NCBI GenBank assembly: GCA_964503615.1
Contig: CAZDBA010000003.1
Location: 216-64,215, forward strand
Source: an uncultured Pirellulaceae bacterium
GTDB taxonomy: Bacteria > Planctomycetota > Planctomycetia > Pirellulales > Pirellulaceae
Reading direction: 5' to 3'
DNA length: 64,000 nt
A program made the position numbers and the translations under genes. Numbering within the stretch: position 1 is the first letter of the stretch; the number at the start of each line of letters is the position of its first letter. Shown one piece after another: positions 15,960 through 25,182 of the stretch. The notes under the pieces were generated by a model, which saw only the letters and a program-made list of their open reading frames with translations, was not told the DNA's origin and did no database searches.

Positions 15960-18701
15960 ATGCCCGCTCCCGACAATCAACCTCCCCAGCCGTCTGAGAC
16001 TTGCTCAGACTTTCACGAAGGCCTGTTGGATCTGGTCAGCGACCTGGTTTTCTCGCTGGATCCTGAGCAGTTGAATCTAGTCTACGTCAACGAATCGGCA
16101 GAAGCGATTTTCGGGCGCCCCTTGCCCGAATTAGCTGGTCGATCGTGGCTGGAGACGATTCACAACTCCGATCAGGCTTTGTTGGCTGAGAAACTGGAGT
16201 CGCTTGCCCAAGCGGTTGGGGCATCGCAGAATTTCGAGCACGAATTTCGGATCGTTCGACCTGACGCATCGCAGGTTTGGCTTCAGGGCACATTTCGCTT
16301 GATTGCTGACCCAATTCAAAATCGAACGCTGATTGGTGGCGTTGCCCGAGATGTCACGCAAACTATTCTTGCTGAACGAAAGTTGGAAGAATCAAAAGCG
16401 ATCTACGACTCACTCGTGGAGAATTTGCCTATTCGCGTTTTTAGAAAAAACAAAGAAGGTCAAATCGTTTTTGCAAACAAACAGTATTGCCGTGACCATG
16501 GAGTTCCGCTTGAAGGGTTGCTGGGCAAGACCGATAAGGACATGTTCAGTCCCCAGATGGCCGAAAAGTACACCAACGATGATCGTTGGGTAATGCAAAC
16601 CGGGCTACCGTTTCATGCTGTCGAAGAACACCCCGGGCCCGACGACAAGATCGCCTATGTTGAGATCTTTAAAGCACCGGTCACCGATTCGAAAGGTCGT
16701 CGGATTGGGATCCAGGGAATGTTCTGGGACGTAACCAATAAAAAGGCTGCCGAGGACGCTTTGCGCCTTGCAAAGGAGATGGCGGAAACGGCCAGTCAGG
16801 CGAAAAGTGATTTTCTGGCCAATGTCAGCCACGAAATCCGCACGCCGATGAACGGTATTCTGGGAATGACCGAGTTGTTACTGGACTCCTATCTCGATCA
16901 GGACCAGCGAGAGTACGTACAGATGATTCAGTTTTCTGGCGAATCGCTGATGACTTTGATCAACGACATCCTTGATTTTTCTAAAATCGAAGCTGGCAAG
17001 CTGGAATTAATGACTTCCAGCTTTGACGTTCGCGAGCAGTTTGGAGACACATTGCGGACGCTCGCCATCCGAGCGCACGCCAAAGATCTGGAGATGATTT
17101 TCGAGGTCGAGCCTGAAGTGCCCGCGCGGATCGTTGGCGATGCCAGTCGACTGCGTCAGGTCCTGATCAATTTGGTTGGCAATGCGATTAAGTTCACGGA
17201 ATCGGGTGAAATCGCGGTAAAAGTAAAAAGCTGCAATCTGACCAGTGAATCAACACGCTTGGAGTTTTCAGTAACAGATACTGGAATTGGAATCCCCCGT
17301 GAAAAAATTGACGCGGTCTTTACTGAATTTGAACAAGTCGACGCGTCGCGGACTCGTGAATTTGGCGGAACAGGCCTTGGGCTGGCCATCGGTTCCAAAT
17401 TGGTGGAAATGATGGGCGGCGAAATGGAAGTCTTCAGCGAAATCTACGAAGGGACGATTTTCAAGTTCGAAGTCGAGTTCCCGCTGGATCCCACATTCAC
17501 TTCGCCTGTTACAACAAAACACCTTGAAGGCCGTTCGGTTTTGATTGTCGACGACAACAAGACAAATCTCCATGCGCTCGAGCGATTGATTCGCAGTTGG
17601 GGTATGAAAACGTATTCCAGTGCCAGTGCTGAAGAAGGGTTAAAGATACTGTGTGAAAAAGCCACGACCTTGGATCCGATTCAAATCTGCCTCGTCGATT
17701 CAAAGATGGACAAAGCATCAGGAATCGACTTGGCGGTCAAGATTCGTCAAGAAGAGTCGGTGGTGGCCAGCACACGAATCGTTCTGATGTCGACCGGTGA
17801 AAGAGCAGGGCAAGCGGTAACGTCGCTGGATGTCGATCGAGTTTTGAAGCCGGTCAAGCACTCTGACTTACACACCGCGTTTAGCGAGGCTTTGGACTTC
17901 GAGACTCAAGCTACAACGATCGCTGGACCGGATGAAGAAAACGATCACCTTCCGTTGCGAATTTTGGTCGCCGAAGACAATCCTGTGAACCAAAAACTGA
18001 CTTTGACTTTATTGGAAAAAGCAGGGCACATTCCGACACTGGCCCCTAACGGCTTGCGAGCGGTAGAGCTTTTCAAGTCCGAAGAGTTCGATGTCATTCT
18101 GATGGACGTACAAATGCCCAAAATGGATGGCTTGCAAGCAACTCGTGAAATTCGTGGCATTACGGGAAAGGGAAGCCGAATTCCAATCCTCGCAATGACA
18201 GCTCACGCGACCGAAGCCGATCGGGACAAGTGTTTCTCCGCTGGTATTGATGACTACCTGGCCAAGCCGTTTCGCAGCGTTGATTTGTTTTCCAAAATTC
18301 ACCGCTTGACCGGACGCGAAGCGATCACGGCCGAGACGAAGACGACGAGTCAGTCGTCCAAAAAAAGCGTCATCGATTGGGAGCAGGCTTTTGAAACGGT
18401 TGGCGGAGATCGCGGGCTGTTATGTGATCTTTTTAAAGTTTTTCTAAAAGAACGTGATGCGATGCTGAGCGCAATCATGAAGGCTTTGGAAAGTAAAGAT
18501 CTGAAAGAGTTGCGCAGAACTGCACACAGCTTAAAAGGCGCTTTACATCATCTCGGAGCAACCAACGCTGCGGAAGCGGCAAGAGTATTTGAGGTGATGG
18601 GACAAACCGAAAATGTTTCTGACGCGGATGATCGTTTTTCACAACTCAAACACTTAGTGTCCGAGACATCGACCGAGATTCGAAAGTTTCTCAGCAGTTG
18701 A
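15960..18701 (+). CDS. hybrid sensor histidine kinase (PAS-PAS-HisKA-HATPase-REC-REC-Hpt)
   Basis: SHEIRTPMNGI H-box, NLVGNAIKFT, DTGIGI, GGTGLGL. Two receiver domains (LVDSKMD, ILMDVQMPKMDG). Hpt AHSLKGA. ATG at 15960. Confidence 0.9.
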   Translation: MPAPDNQPPQPSETCSDFHEGLLDLVSDLVFSLDPEQLNLVYVNESAEAIFGRPLPELAGRSWLETIHNSDQALLAEKLESLAQAVGASQNFEHEFRIVRPDASQVWLQGTFRLIADPIQNRTLIGGVARDVTQTILAERKLEESKAIYDSLVENLPIRVFRKNKEGQIVFANKQYCRDHGVPLEGLLGKTDKDMFSPQMAEKYTNDDRWVMQTGLPFHAVEEHPGPDDKIAYVEIFKAPVTDSKGRRIGIQGMFWDVTNKKAAEDALRLAKEMAETASQAKSDFLANVSHEIRTPMNGILGMTELLLDSYLDQDQREYVQMIQFSGESLMTLINDILDFSKIEAGKLELMTSSFDVREQFGDTLRTLAIRAHAKDLEMIFEVEPEVPARIVGDASRLRQVLINLVGNAIKFTESGEIAVKVKSCNLTSESTRLEFSVTDTGIGIPREKIDAVFTEFEQVDASRTREFGGTGLGLAIGSKLVEMMGGEMEVFSEIYEGTIFKFEVEFPLDPTFTSPVTTKHLEGRSVLIVDDNKTNLHALERLIRSWGMKTYSSASAEEGLKILCEKATTLDPIQICLVDSKMDKASGIDLAVKIRQEESVVASTRIVLMSTGERAGQAVTSLDVDRVLKPVKHSDLHTAFSEALDFETQATTIAGPDEENDHLPLRILVAEDNPVNQKLTLTLLEKAGHIPTLAPNGLRAVELFKSEEFDVILMDVQMPKMDGLQATREIRGITGKGSRIPILAMTAHATEADRDKCFSAGIDDYLAKPFRSVDLFSKIHRLTGREAITAETKTTSQSSKKSVIDWEQAFETVGGDRGLLCDLFKVFLKERDAMLSAIMKALESKDLKELRRTAHSLKGALHHLGATNAAEAARVFEVMGQTENVSDADDRFSQLKHLVSETSTEIRKFLSS

Positions 18702-18954
18702 TCAATTTATCTCGTTTATCTGAGAACGTCCCCTACATCTAGCGTCAGTCGCTATCTTTTGTGCCAATCGTTCAACTTCGCGTAGGATTTGCGTTCACTC
18801 ATCAAAAATTCATTTGTATTCGGCTCGTGGACCTTTAAAATCAATCCATGGGGCCGCGAATAGAAAGCTGAACTCGGCTCGGGAGCTACCCGGGACTGAG
18901 TTGGTAAAAATACTCACGGCGAGTAAATCACTCGAATACGCAGGGAGTGCCAAG

Positions 18955-19851
18955 ATGCCAACGGTATTGATAGTTGATGACACCGCAGTGGACCGCAGAC
19001 TTGCAGGTGGCATTCTGGAAAAGAACTCGGAGTTGGAGGTTTGCTATGCTGAGGATGGTAGTGAAGCGCTTTTAAAAATCGGAAATGAATTACCCGATCT
19101 GGTCCTAACCGATTTGCAGATGCCTAAGCTCGATGGTTTGCAGTTGGTCAATCAAATATCCGAACGGTATCCCAGCCTGCCAGTCGTTCTGATGACAGCT
19201 CACGGCAGCGAGAACATCGCGGCCCAAGCACTTGCCAATGGGGCAGCCTGCTATGTTCCGAAAAACGATCTGGCGGAAAGTTTACTTGAAACGGTCTCTC
19301 ATGTTTTGGCTTTCGTCGATTCGGATGCCCGCTACAGCAAACTGGTAAATTGCGCCGTTAAGACTGAAATCGAATTTGAATTAGTGAACGATCCTGAATT
19401 GATTGAGCCTCTTGTGGATTTGGTTCAGCAATTAGTTTGCAGCCAGGAATTACTGGATTCGACCAGCCGAGTTCGTTTGGGTGTTGCCATGGAGCACGCA
19501 CTCAGCAACGCCATGATTCGCGGCAATCTGGAAATGTCCCGGGATGAGTTTCCAATCGTGACCGGTGAGATCGCACGTAGTCGAAGCAGTCAATCGCCCT
19601 ACTCGGATCGCAAGGTCAACGTTCAAGTTCTTGTGACTACGGAAAAGTGTGAAGTCCGCATTAAAGATCGTGGACCCGGGTTTGACGTTGCGATCGTTCC
19701 CAAATCAGGTGATCCAGAAGCGTTCAAGGATGGTGTCGGTCGCGGTCTGGTGCTGATGACAACGTTTATGGACCAAGTCGAATTCTCAAACGAAGGGCGC
19801 GAAGTGATGATGTCCAAGTTTCGTACAGAACGACCAATGAAACCACGATAG
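18955..19851 (+). CDS. response-regulator receiver fused to an RsbW/SpoIIAB-like (HATPase_c_2) serine kinase domain
   Basis: VLIVDD...LVLTDLQMPKLDG receiver. C-terminal EHALSNAMIRGN (N-box), DRGPGFD (G1), GRGLVLM (G2). GGGAG Shine-Dalgarno before the ATG at 18955. Confidence 0.8.
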   Translation: MPTVLIVDDTAVDRRLAGGILEKNSELEVCYAEDGSEALLKIGNELPDLVLTDLQMPKLDGLQLVNQISERYPSLPVVLMTAHGSENIAAQALANGAACYVPKNDLAESLLETVSHVLAFVDSDARYSKLVNCAVKTEIEFELVNDPELIEPLVDLVQQLVCSQELLDSTSRVRLGVAMEHALSNAMIRGNLEMSRDEFPIVTGEIARSRSSQSPYSDRKVNVQVLVTTEKCEVRIKDRGPGFDVAIVPKSGDPEAFKDGVGRGLVLMTTFMDQVEFSNEGREVMMSKFRTERPMKPR

Positions 19852-19885
19852 TGGCCAGTACATGTGGCACCCACATGGAAACCCG

Positions 19886-19928
19886 ACGCGTTAGCGAGGA
19901 CGAAGGCAAGTTTTCCTCGCTGACGCGT
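19886..19928. terminator. long hairpin between convergent genes (possible bidirectional terminator, no T-run)
   Basis: 15-bp stem ACGCGTTAGCGAGGA / TCCTCGCTGACGCGT (one G-U pair) with a 13-nt loop. Confidence 0.45.
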
Positions 19929-19942
19929 GGCCAAAGCCAACT

Positions 19943-20977
19943 CTACACCGTTTTGCCTGAGCTTACCGATTCGGTTTCCATCTGACAGATACGAATTGCG
20001 TCAATCGCTAAATCACCGCCGAGGATATCAGAACTCTCACCAGCCGCTACCGCGCGGGCAACTTCTCTCAGTTCCGCCGCGAACGAATCGACTTCGTCGC
20101 CCTCCGGCAGTTCTGGACGCAGCACCTCGCCATCGTCGGTCAAGACCTTGAGTGGAAACGCTTCGCCGGTATCGGCAAACGCGCCAAATTCGTAGTGCAA
20201 CGTGGCCTTCTCCAATTGGATCTCGAAACCGTGTGTGAACGGTCGGCCTTGTTGAAGAATGATGCCGCTACTGCTACTTACTACCAGACTGTCGTCATCA
20301 AAACCGAACAGAGAACTGCAATACTCGACGACATCGCCTCGCATGCGACCGTGGCTGGTGACGTGGGTTGGCATTCCGAACAGCAATCGAATCAGATGAG
20401 CATCATGCACATGAAGGTCCAACATCGGACCGCCAACACGATCGGGATCAAAAAAGTGGGGTAGCCAAGTCGGCTCGGAAATCACACGCTTGAAAAATCC
20501 ACCGGTAACTTTTCCGAACTTGCCAGATCGGATCAAATCCAAAGCGTAAGTGTACTCTTTGAAGAAAGGCAAAACGTGGCCGACCATCAATAGCACTTTG
20601 TTCTCAGCACAAGCGTCGACCATCTTCTGACAATCTTCCAATCGCAGCGCCATCGGTTTTTCGGAAAAAACGTTCACGCCGGCCTTGGCTGCTTTTACCG
20701 CAAAAGGACAATGCAGCCCTGGTGGCAAACAAATGTCAACGTAGTCCAATTGCTCATTGGCCAACATTTCGTCAAAGTCTGAGTAGGTCGCGACTCCGCT
20801 CAGGTCGACTTGTTGCCCCGGTGGCCCAAAATTACCTTGGATAGATGTCCAGTCTCCGGTCAATTTCTGCTGGTCCGCCTCGCAGACAGCAACAACCTGA
20901 ACTTCCTCGATTTTTTGATAGGCCAGCCAATGGATCCATCCCATGAATCCCAGCCCGGTTAATCCGACTTTTAACAT
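19943..20977 (-). CDS. Gfo/Idh/MocA family oxidoreductase
   Basis: N-terminal Rossmann KVGLTGLGFMG, EKPMA motif. About 344 aa. Confidence 0.8.
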   Translation of the reverse strand: MLKVGLTGLGFMGWIHWLAYQKIEEVQVVAVCEADQQKLTGDWTSIQGNFGPPGQQVDLSGVATYSDFDEMLANEQLDYVDICLPPGLHCPFAVKAAKAGVNVFSEKPMALRLEDCQKMVDACAENKVLLMVGHVLPFFKEYTYALDLIRSGKFGKVTGGFFKRVISEPTWLPHFFDPDRVGGPMLDLHVHDAHLIRLLFGMPTHVTSHGRMRGDVVEYCSSLFGFDDDSLVVSSSSGIILQQGRPFTHGFEIQLEKATLHYEFGAFADTGEAFPLKVLTDDGEVLRPELPEGDEVDSFAAELREVARAVAAGESSDILGGDLAIDAIRICQMETESVSSGKTV

Positions 20978-21090
20978 CGCTTTGTTTTCGTTTTGACCAG
21001 CGCTAATAATAATTACACAAAGAAGATATACTAATTACGCCCGTTTGTAAGCGGGCTTTTGAGCTTTGCGAATGCGTAAAAGGAATTCTG

Positions 21091-21510
21091 ATGCCAGTGG
21101 AAATGCAGTTAGCCCGAATTATTATTTCGGAAATCAACGAGAACCAAGTTGTGTTCTTGCGCGAAGTCGATGGCGATCGTCAGTTTCCGATTTTGATCGG
21201 CATTTTCGAAGCGACCAGCATTGACCGGCGAGTCAAAGAGATTCCGCGAACGCGTCCGTTGACTCATGACTTGCTCGTCTCTGTCACCGAGCAAATGGGT
21301 GGGACGTTGCAAGCGGTCTACATTACTGAGCTGCGTGACCACACTTATTACGCTAGGTTGAGGATCGACCGTGACGGAGAAACGATCGACATCGACGCGA
21401 GACCGTCCGATGCGATTGCCGTGGCAGTAACTTGCGAACCGATGCTACCGATTTTTGTCTCAGAAGAAGTCTTGCAAGACGCAATCGCCTCGGGAGAACC
21501 GAAAGAGTAG
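21091..21510 (+). CDS. bifunctional nuclease (BFN / DUF151) family protein
   Basis: VFLREVDGDRQFPILIGIFEATSI...RPLTHDL...ARPSDAIAVA is typical of the family. Confidence 0.75.
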   Translation: MPVEMQLARIIISEINENQVVFLREVDGDRQFPILIGIFEATSIDRRVKEIPRTRPLTHDLLVSVTEQMGGTLQAVYITELRDHTYYARLRIDRDGETIDIDARPSDAIAVAVTCEPMLPIFVSEEVLQDAIASGEPKE

Positions 21511-21582
21511 AACGCCTTACGCATCGTTCATGGAGCGAAAGGCGGCTGTATCTTCGGCATAGAGGTCAACCACTTGGATTCG

Positions 21583-22695
21583 ATGCACATCTTGGCGCTT
21601 CAACCTTATTACGGCGGCAGTCATCTTGCTGCGATGGCAGGTTGGATGGAGCAAAGTCGTTTCAAGTTTACGGTTCTGCAGTTGCCGCCTCGACATTGGA
21701 AGTGGCGAATGCGACAGGCGGCGTGGCATTTTGCAGATGAGGTTAATTCCAGATGGCGTTCAGGTGAGCGTTGGGATGCCGTGTTTTGCACCGACATGTT
21801 GAACCTTTCCGAGTTTAAAGGCTTGGTCTCTTCCGAGATTTCTAGCTTGCCCACCGTTGCCTACTTTCACGAAAACCAGTTCGTCTACCCTTCGCGTCAG
21901 GAAGATCTGCGTGATTCGCACTTCGAAATTACGAATTTCACAACGGCGTTGGCTGCGGATGAAGCCTGGTTTAACTCTTCGTTCAATCGGGATTCGATGC
22001 TGGAGTCCCTTGCTAGGCGCTGCAAAGATTGGCCCGACCACCCTCCACTAGAACAAATCGAAAAAGTTCGCGCCCACAGCCGGATACAACCGCCAGGCAT
22101 AAACCCACCTCAAGTTGATCGCCCATTGGACGAACAAAGTGGCCCGCTTCACATCGTTTGGGCAGCGCGTTGGGAGCACGACAAAGGCCCTGAAAGTTTG
22201 TTGGAGATATTACGATTACTGCGGGCGGATCGTTTTAAGTTTCGAATTAGCGTGATTGGCCAGTCGTTTCGCAGTGTTCCTCCTGCTTTTACAACGATCG
22301 AATCTGAGTTTAGTGATTCCCTCGAGCGATTTGGTTTTCAGAAAACTCGTGAAGAGTACTGGCGTGCTTTGGCCGAATCTGATCTCTTTCTCTCCACTGC
22401 TGAACATGAATTTTTTGGACTTTCAGCAGTTGAGGCGATGGCGACCGGTTTGTACCCCGTTTTTCCAAACCGCTTGTCCTATCCGGAATTAATTGACCTG
22501 TTCAGCGATCCGAATAGGGATCCTACCAGACATTTGTATTCCTCCAATGAAGAGGCAGCGATGTTGATCCAGCAAGCGGTTGCTGAATTAGGGCCGGTAG
22601 TCACATCGTCTGATAGGGAACAACTGTTTTGGAAGACACGCGCAGTCGAGTTTGACGAAGGAATGAAATTGGTGGCAGCAAGGAAACGAGCTTAA
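21583..22695 (+). CDS. DUF3524 + GT1 glycosyltransferase, homologue of eukaryotic GTDC1 (tRNA-queuosine mannosyltransferase-like)
   Basis: ILALQPYYGGSH...LPPRHWKWRMR...YFHENQFVYP...FNSSFN parallels the N-terminus of human GTDC1 as I remember it. Confidence 0.65.
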   Translation: MHILALQPYYGGSHLAAMAGWMEQSRFKFTVLQLPPRHWKWRMRQAAWHFADEVNSRWRSGERWDAVFCTDMLNLSEFKGLVSSEISSLPTVAYFHENQFVYPSRQEDLRDSHFEITNFTTALAADEAWFNSSFNRDSMLESLARRCKDWPDHPPLEQIEKVRAHSRIQPPGINPPQVDRPLDEQSGPLHIVWAARWEHDKGPESLLEILRLLRADRFKFRISVIGQSFRSVPPAFTTIESEFSDSLERFGFQKTREEYWRALAESDLFLSTAEHEFFGLSAVEAMATGLYPVFPNRLSYPELIDLFSDPNRDPTRHLYSSNEEAAMLIQQAVAELGPVVTSSDREQLFWKTRAVEFDEGMKLVAARKRA

Positions 22696-22698
22696 AGT

Positions 22699-23622
22699 AT
22701 GGGAATCGAAGAAGCGGCTGCGTTGTCGGCTGCGTTTTTGTGGTCGATCTCCAGCTTTGTTTGGAGCCGGGTCAAGCTGAGCGCGATCCAATTGAATACC
22801 GCCAAGAACATGATCGGGCTGATGTTACTGACCGTTCACGTGATCGTACTCATTCTATTGAGCTCAGGTGCAGAAGACTCTGAGAACACTTTTCAATTGC
22901 GTGCCTCTTTGGAGGCTTGGGGGTGGTTGGCACTAAGCGGCGCGATCGGGATCGTCTTGGGCGATACTTTGTTTTTTCGCAGCCTGCAGATCCTGGGTCC
23001 ACGTCGAGCCCTTGTGATGGCTACGTTTTCGCCAATATTTGCAGCTGCGGTCAGTTGGGTCGTATTGGGTGAGATTCTGGTCGCTTTCCAGATCGTTGGC
23101 ATTTTGACATCCGTGATCGGAATCGTGATCGTGGTAAGTGAGCGGGGTGCACGCCAGGAAGCGATGGACTTATTTCCCGGATCGCAAACTGCCGGAGTCC
23201 TGTTGGGCATAGGAGCAGCGTTTTGCCAAGCGGCGGGTGCGGCCGTTTCAAAGCTCGGTATGAATCAAGATGACTGCTCGGCTCTTGAAGCCTCTTTGAT
23301 TCGAATGGCGTTTGCCGCTATCGGTTCGATGCTGATCATCACCGCACAACGAAAGGCGGGTGAGCTGTTCAAAAGCCTTAGCGATTGGAAATTGAGCCGC
23401 AAAGTACTCTTGGCATCGATCCTTGGAACCTGGCTGGGAATCTGGCTCAGCCAAGTTGCAATCAAAGAGACCGAAGTCGGTATCGCGCAAACACTGCTTG
23501 CAACCAGCCCGCTATTTGCCATTCCACTCGTGCGGATCATTGAGGGACACAAACCTTCGTGGCTGGCAATCGCAGGCACCTTGCTCGCAGTTTTCGGAAT
23601 CGCACTAACGGTTTGGAATTAG
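22699..23622 (+). CDS. DMT-superfamily transporter (EamA family)
   Basis: 10 predicted TM helices in two EamA-like halves. Confidence 0.75.
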   Translation: MGIEEAAALSAAFLWSISSFVWSRVKLSAIQLNTAKNMIGLMLLTVHVIVLILLSSGAEDSENTFQLRASLEAWGWLALSGAIGIVLGDTLFFRSLQILGPRRALVMATFSPIFAAAVSWVVLGEILVAFQIVGILTSVIGIVIVVSERGARQEAMDLFPGSQTAGVLLGIGAAFCQAAGAAVSKLGMNQDDCSALEASLIRMAFAAIGSMLIITAQRKAGELFKSLSDWKLSRKVLLASILGTWLGIWLSQVAIKETEVGIAQTLLATSPLFAIPLVRIIEGHKPSWLAIAGTLLAVFGIALTVWN

Positions 23623-23664
23623 CGGGGCAGGGCATTGGCACCGTTACCGACCCAGCCAGGCGTC

Positions 23665-25182
23665 TTAATCTAAAACTCGCACGACGATTACTGAGTCGGC
23701 TTGGTCGTGATCCAGTTCAAGGGAAGTCCCGTTTTCACGGAGCAAAGTCCAAACCTCATCGTTCTTCACACGTGGGCCAACGGTAACCACTTCGTCTTCG
23801 ACGAGATCCAGATTTTTACCGCCGGCTGTTATTCTTTGGACTCGAACCTTGCGCCCTTCCCGTAACATGCTGACAAGGATTTCGACATCGGTATCCAGAT
23901 AGGCGGTATCTTCAGGGATCTCGCTACCGTGTGGGTCGGTCAGTGGATGGCCAAGTTTATCATCGAGATATTCGACGGTAGCTTGATCACTAATGTGCTC
24001 CAGGACATGGGCTCGGTCGTGGATCTCTTTGTCTTGGGCACCCGCCTGTTTGAGATACGTTTCCCACAATCGGTGGGCGCGGAGTAAACGTTTGGCTTTT
24101 AGATGCCCTTCTTCGGTCAAAGTAATTTGACCACTGTTCACCTCCATAAGATCCTGCCGAACCAACAATCGAATCGCACGTCGGATTTGCATATTTCGAC
24201 TGGTTACCGATTTGACAACGTGAGCAACCGGAACTTGCGGCTGTTTGTATCGAGTAATGCAGCCAAGGACATCTTCCATCACCTCCTGCGGCACCGCACT
24301 GACTCGACGAATCCAATCTGCCAAAATTCCATATCTCGGCGCAAAGACCAAAACGGCGAGAAAAATCATAGTCGAAGAAACGGCGATGGTCGCACCCGGC
24401 GATGACTCCAAAACCCACGAAAGTCCGAACCCGATCCAGAATCCGAGCACTCCCAAAATAGCCGAGCCCCATAGCATGCGGTTGAGTTTATCAAACAGTA
24501 AATAGGCTGAGGCGGCCGGTGTAATGATCAATGCGACAACCAGAATCACTCCGGCGATCCGCACTCCGCTGACAACAACCAACGAAGTGCATGCGGTCAG
24601 CATGTAGTCCACTGCCAGAACAGGAACACCGATCGAAGCAGCCATGACCGGGTCAAAGCTGGTTAGTTGTAGTGGGCGGTAAAACAAAATGATGACCGCC
24701 AGTACGATCGAAGTAACAAAACCAAGCAACCAAAGCTCAGTGCTGGTCGCAGAGGCAACGTTTCCGATGATAAAGTGATAGACATCGATGTGAATCAGCT
24801 TGCTGACCGCGGGCAGCGAAATCACGAATGCGCCCAGCGCAAAAATGCCCGTGTACATAATTCCGATCGCAGTATCTTCTTTGATGCGCGAAACGCGCGC
24901 CACGAATCCGATTGCGGCAACGGTGATAATTCCTGCCAACAACGCTCCGATCAACATCGCAGCGACCGATTCTTCCTGATCATAGAAGACCTTCATTATC
25001 AGATAGCCGGCCATGACGCCCGCTAACATCGAGTGGCTGATCGCATCTGCCAGAAACGACATTCGTCTGAGAACGATAAAGCAACCGATCAAACTGCAGA
25101 CGATCGACACCAAAGTGCCAACCAATAGCGGCATGATCAAAAAGCCGTACTCTAACTGAACGTCTTGCAACCATTGATACAT
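23665..25182 (-). CDS. metal ABC transporter permease (ABC-3 family) fused to a DtxR-family repressor with a FeoA/SH3-like tail
   Basis: N-terminal about 285 aa are polytopic (LRRMSFLADAISHSMLAG). The C-terminus has RAHRLWETYL...HDRAHVLEHISD...LGHPLTDPHGSEIP, then REGRKVRVQRI. Start overlaps the ATPase stop (TAATG). Confidence 0.85.
   Translation of the reverse strand: MYQWLQDVQLEYGFLIMPLLVGTLVSIVCSLIGCFIVLRRMSFLADAISHSMLAGVMAGYLIMKVFYDQEESVAAMLIGALLAGIITVAAIGFVARVSRIKEDTAIGIMYTGIFALGAFVISLPAVSKLIHIDVYHFIIGNVASATSTELWLLGFVTSIVLAVIILFYRPLQLTSFDPVMAASIGVPVLAVDYMLTACTSLVVVSGVRIAGVILVVALIITPAASAYLLFDKLNRMLWGSAILGVLGFWIGFGLSWVLESSPGATIAVSSTMIFLAVLVFAPRYGILADWIRRVSAVPQEVMEDVLGCITRYKQPQVPVAHVVKSVTSRNMQIRRAIRLLVRQDLMEVNSGQITLTEEGHLKAKRLLRAHRLWETYLKQAGAQDKEIHDRAHVLEHISDQATVEYLDDKLGHPLTDPHGSEIPEDTAYLDTDVEILVSMLREGRKVRVQRITAGGKNLDLVEDEVVTVGPRVKNDEVWTLLRENGTSLELDHDQADSVIVVRVLD

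Noticed and set aside
15587-15976. 129-aa minus-strand ORF covering the Rdx-like locus
   Set aside because: The plus strand carries clear Rdx/SelW family similarity in two adjoining frames. The minus ORF has no motifs.
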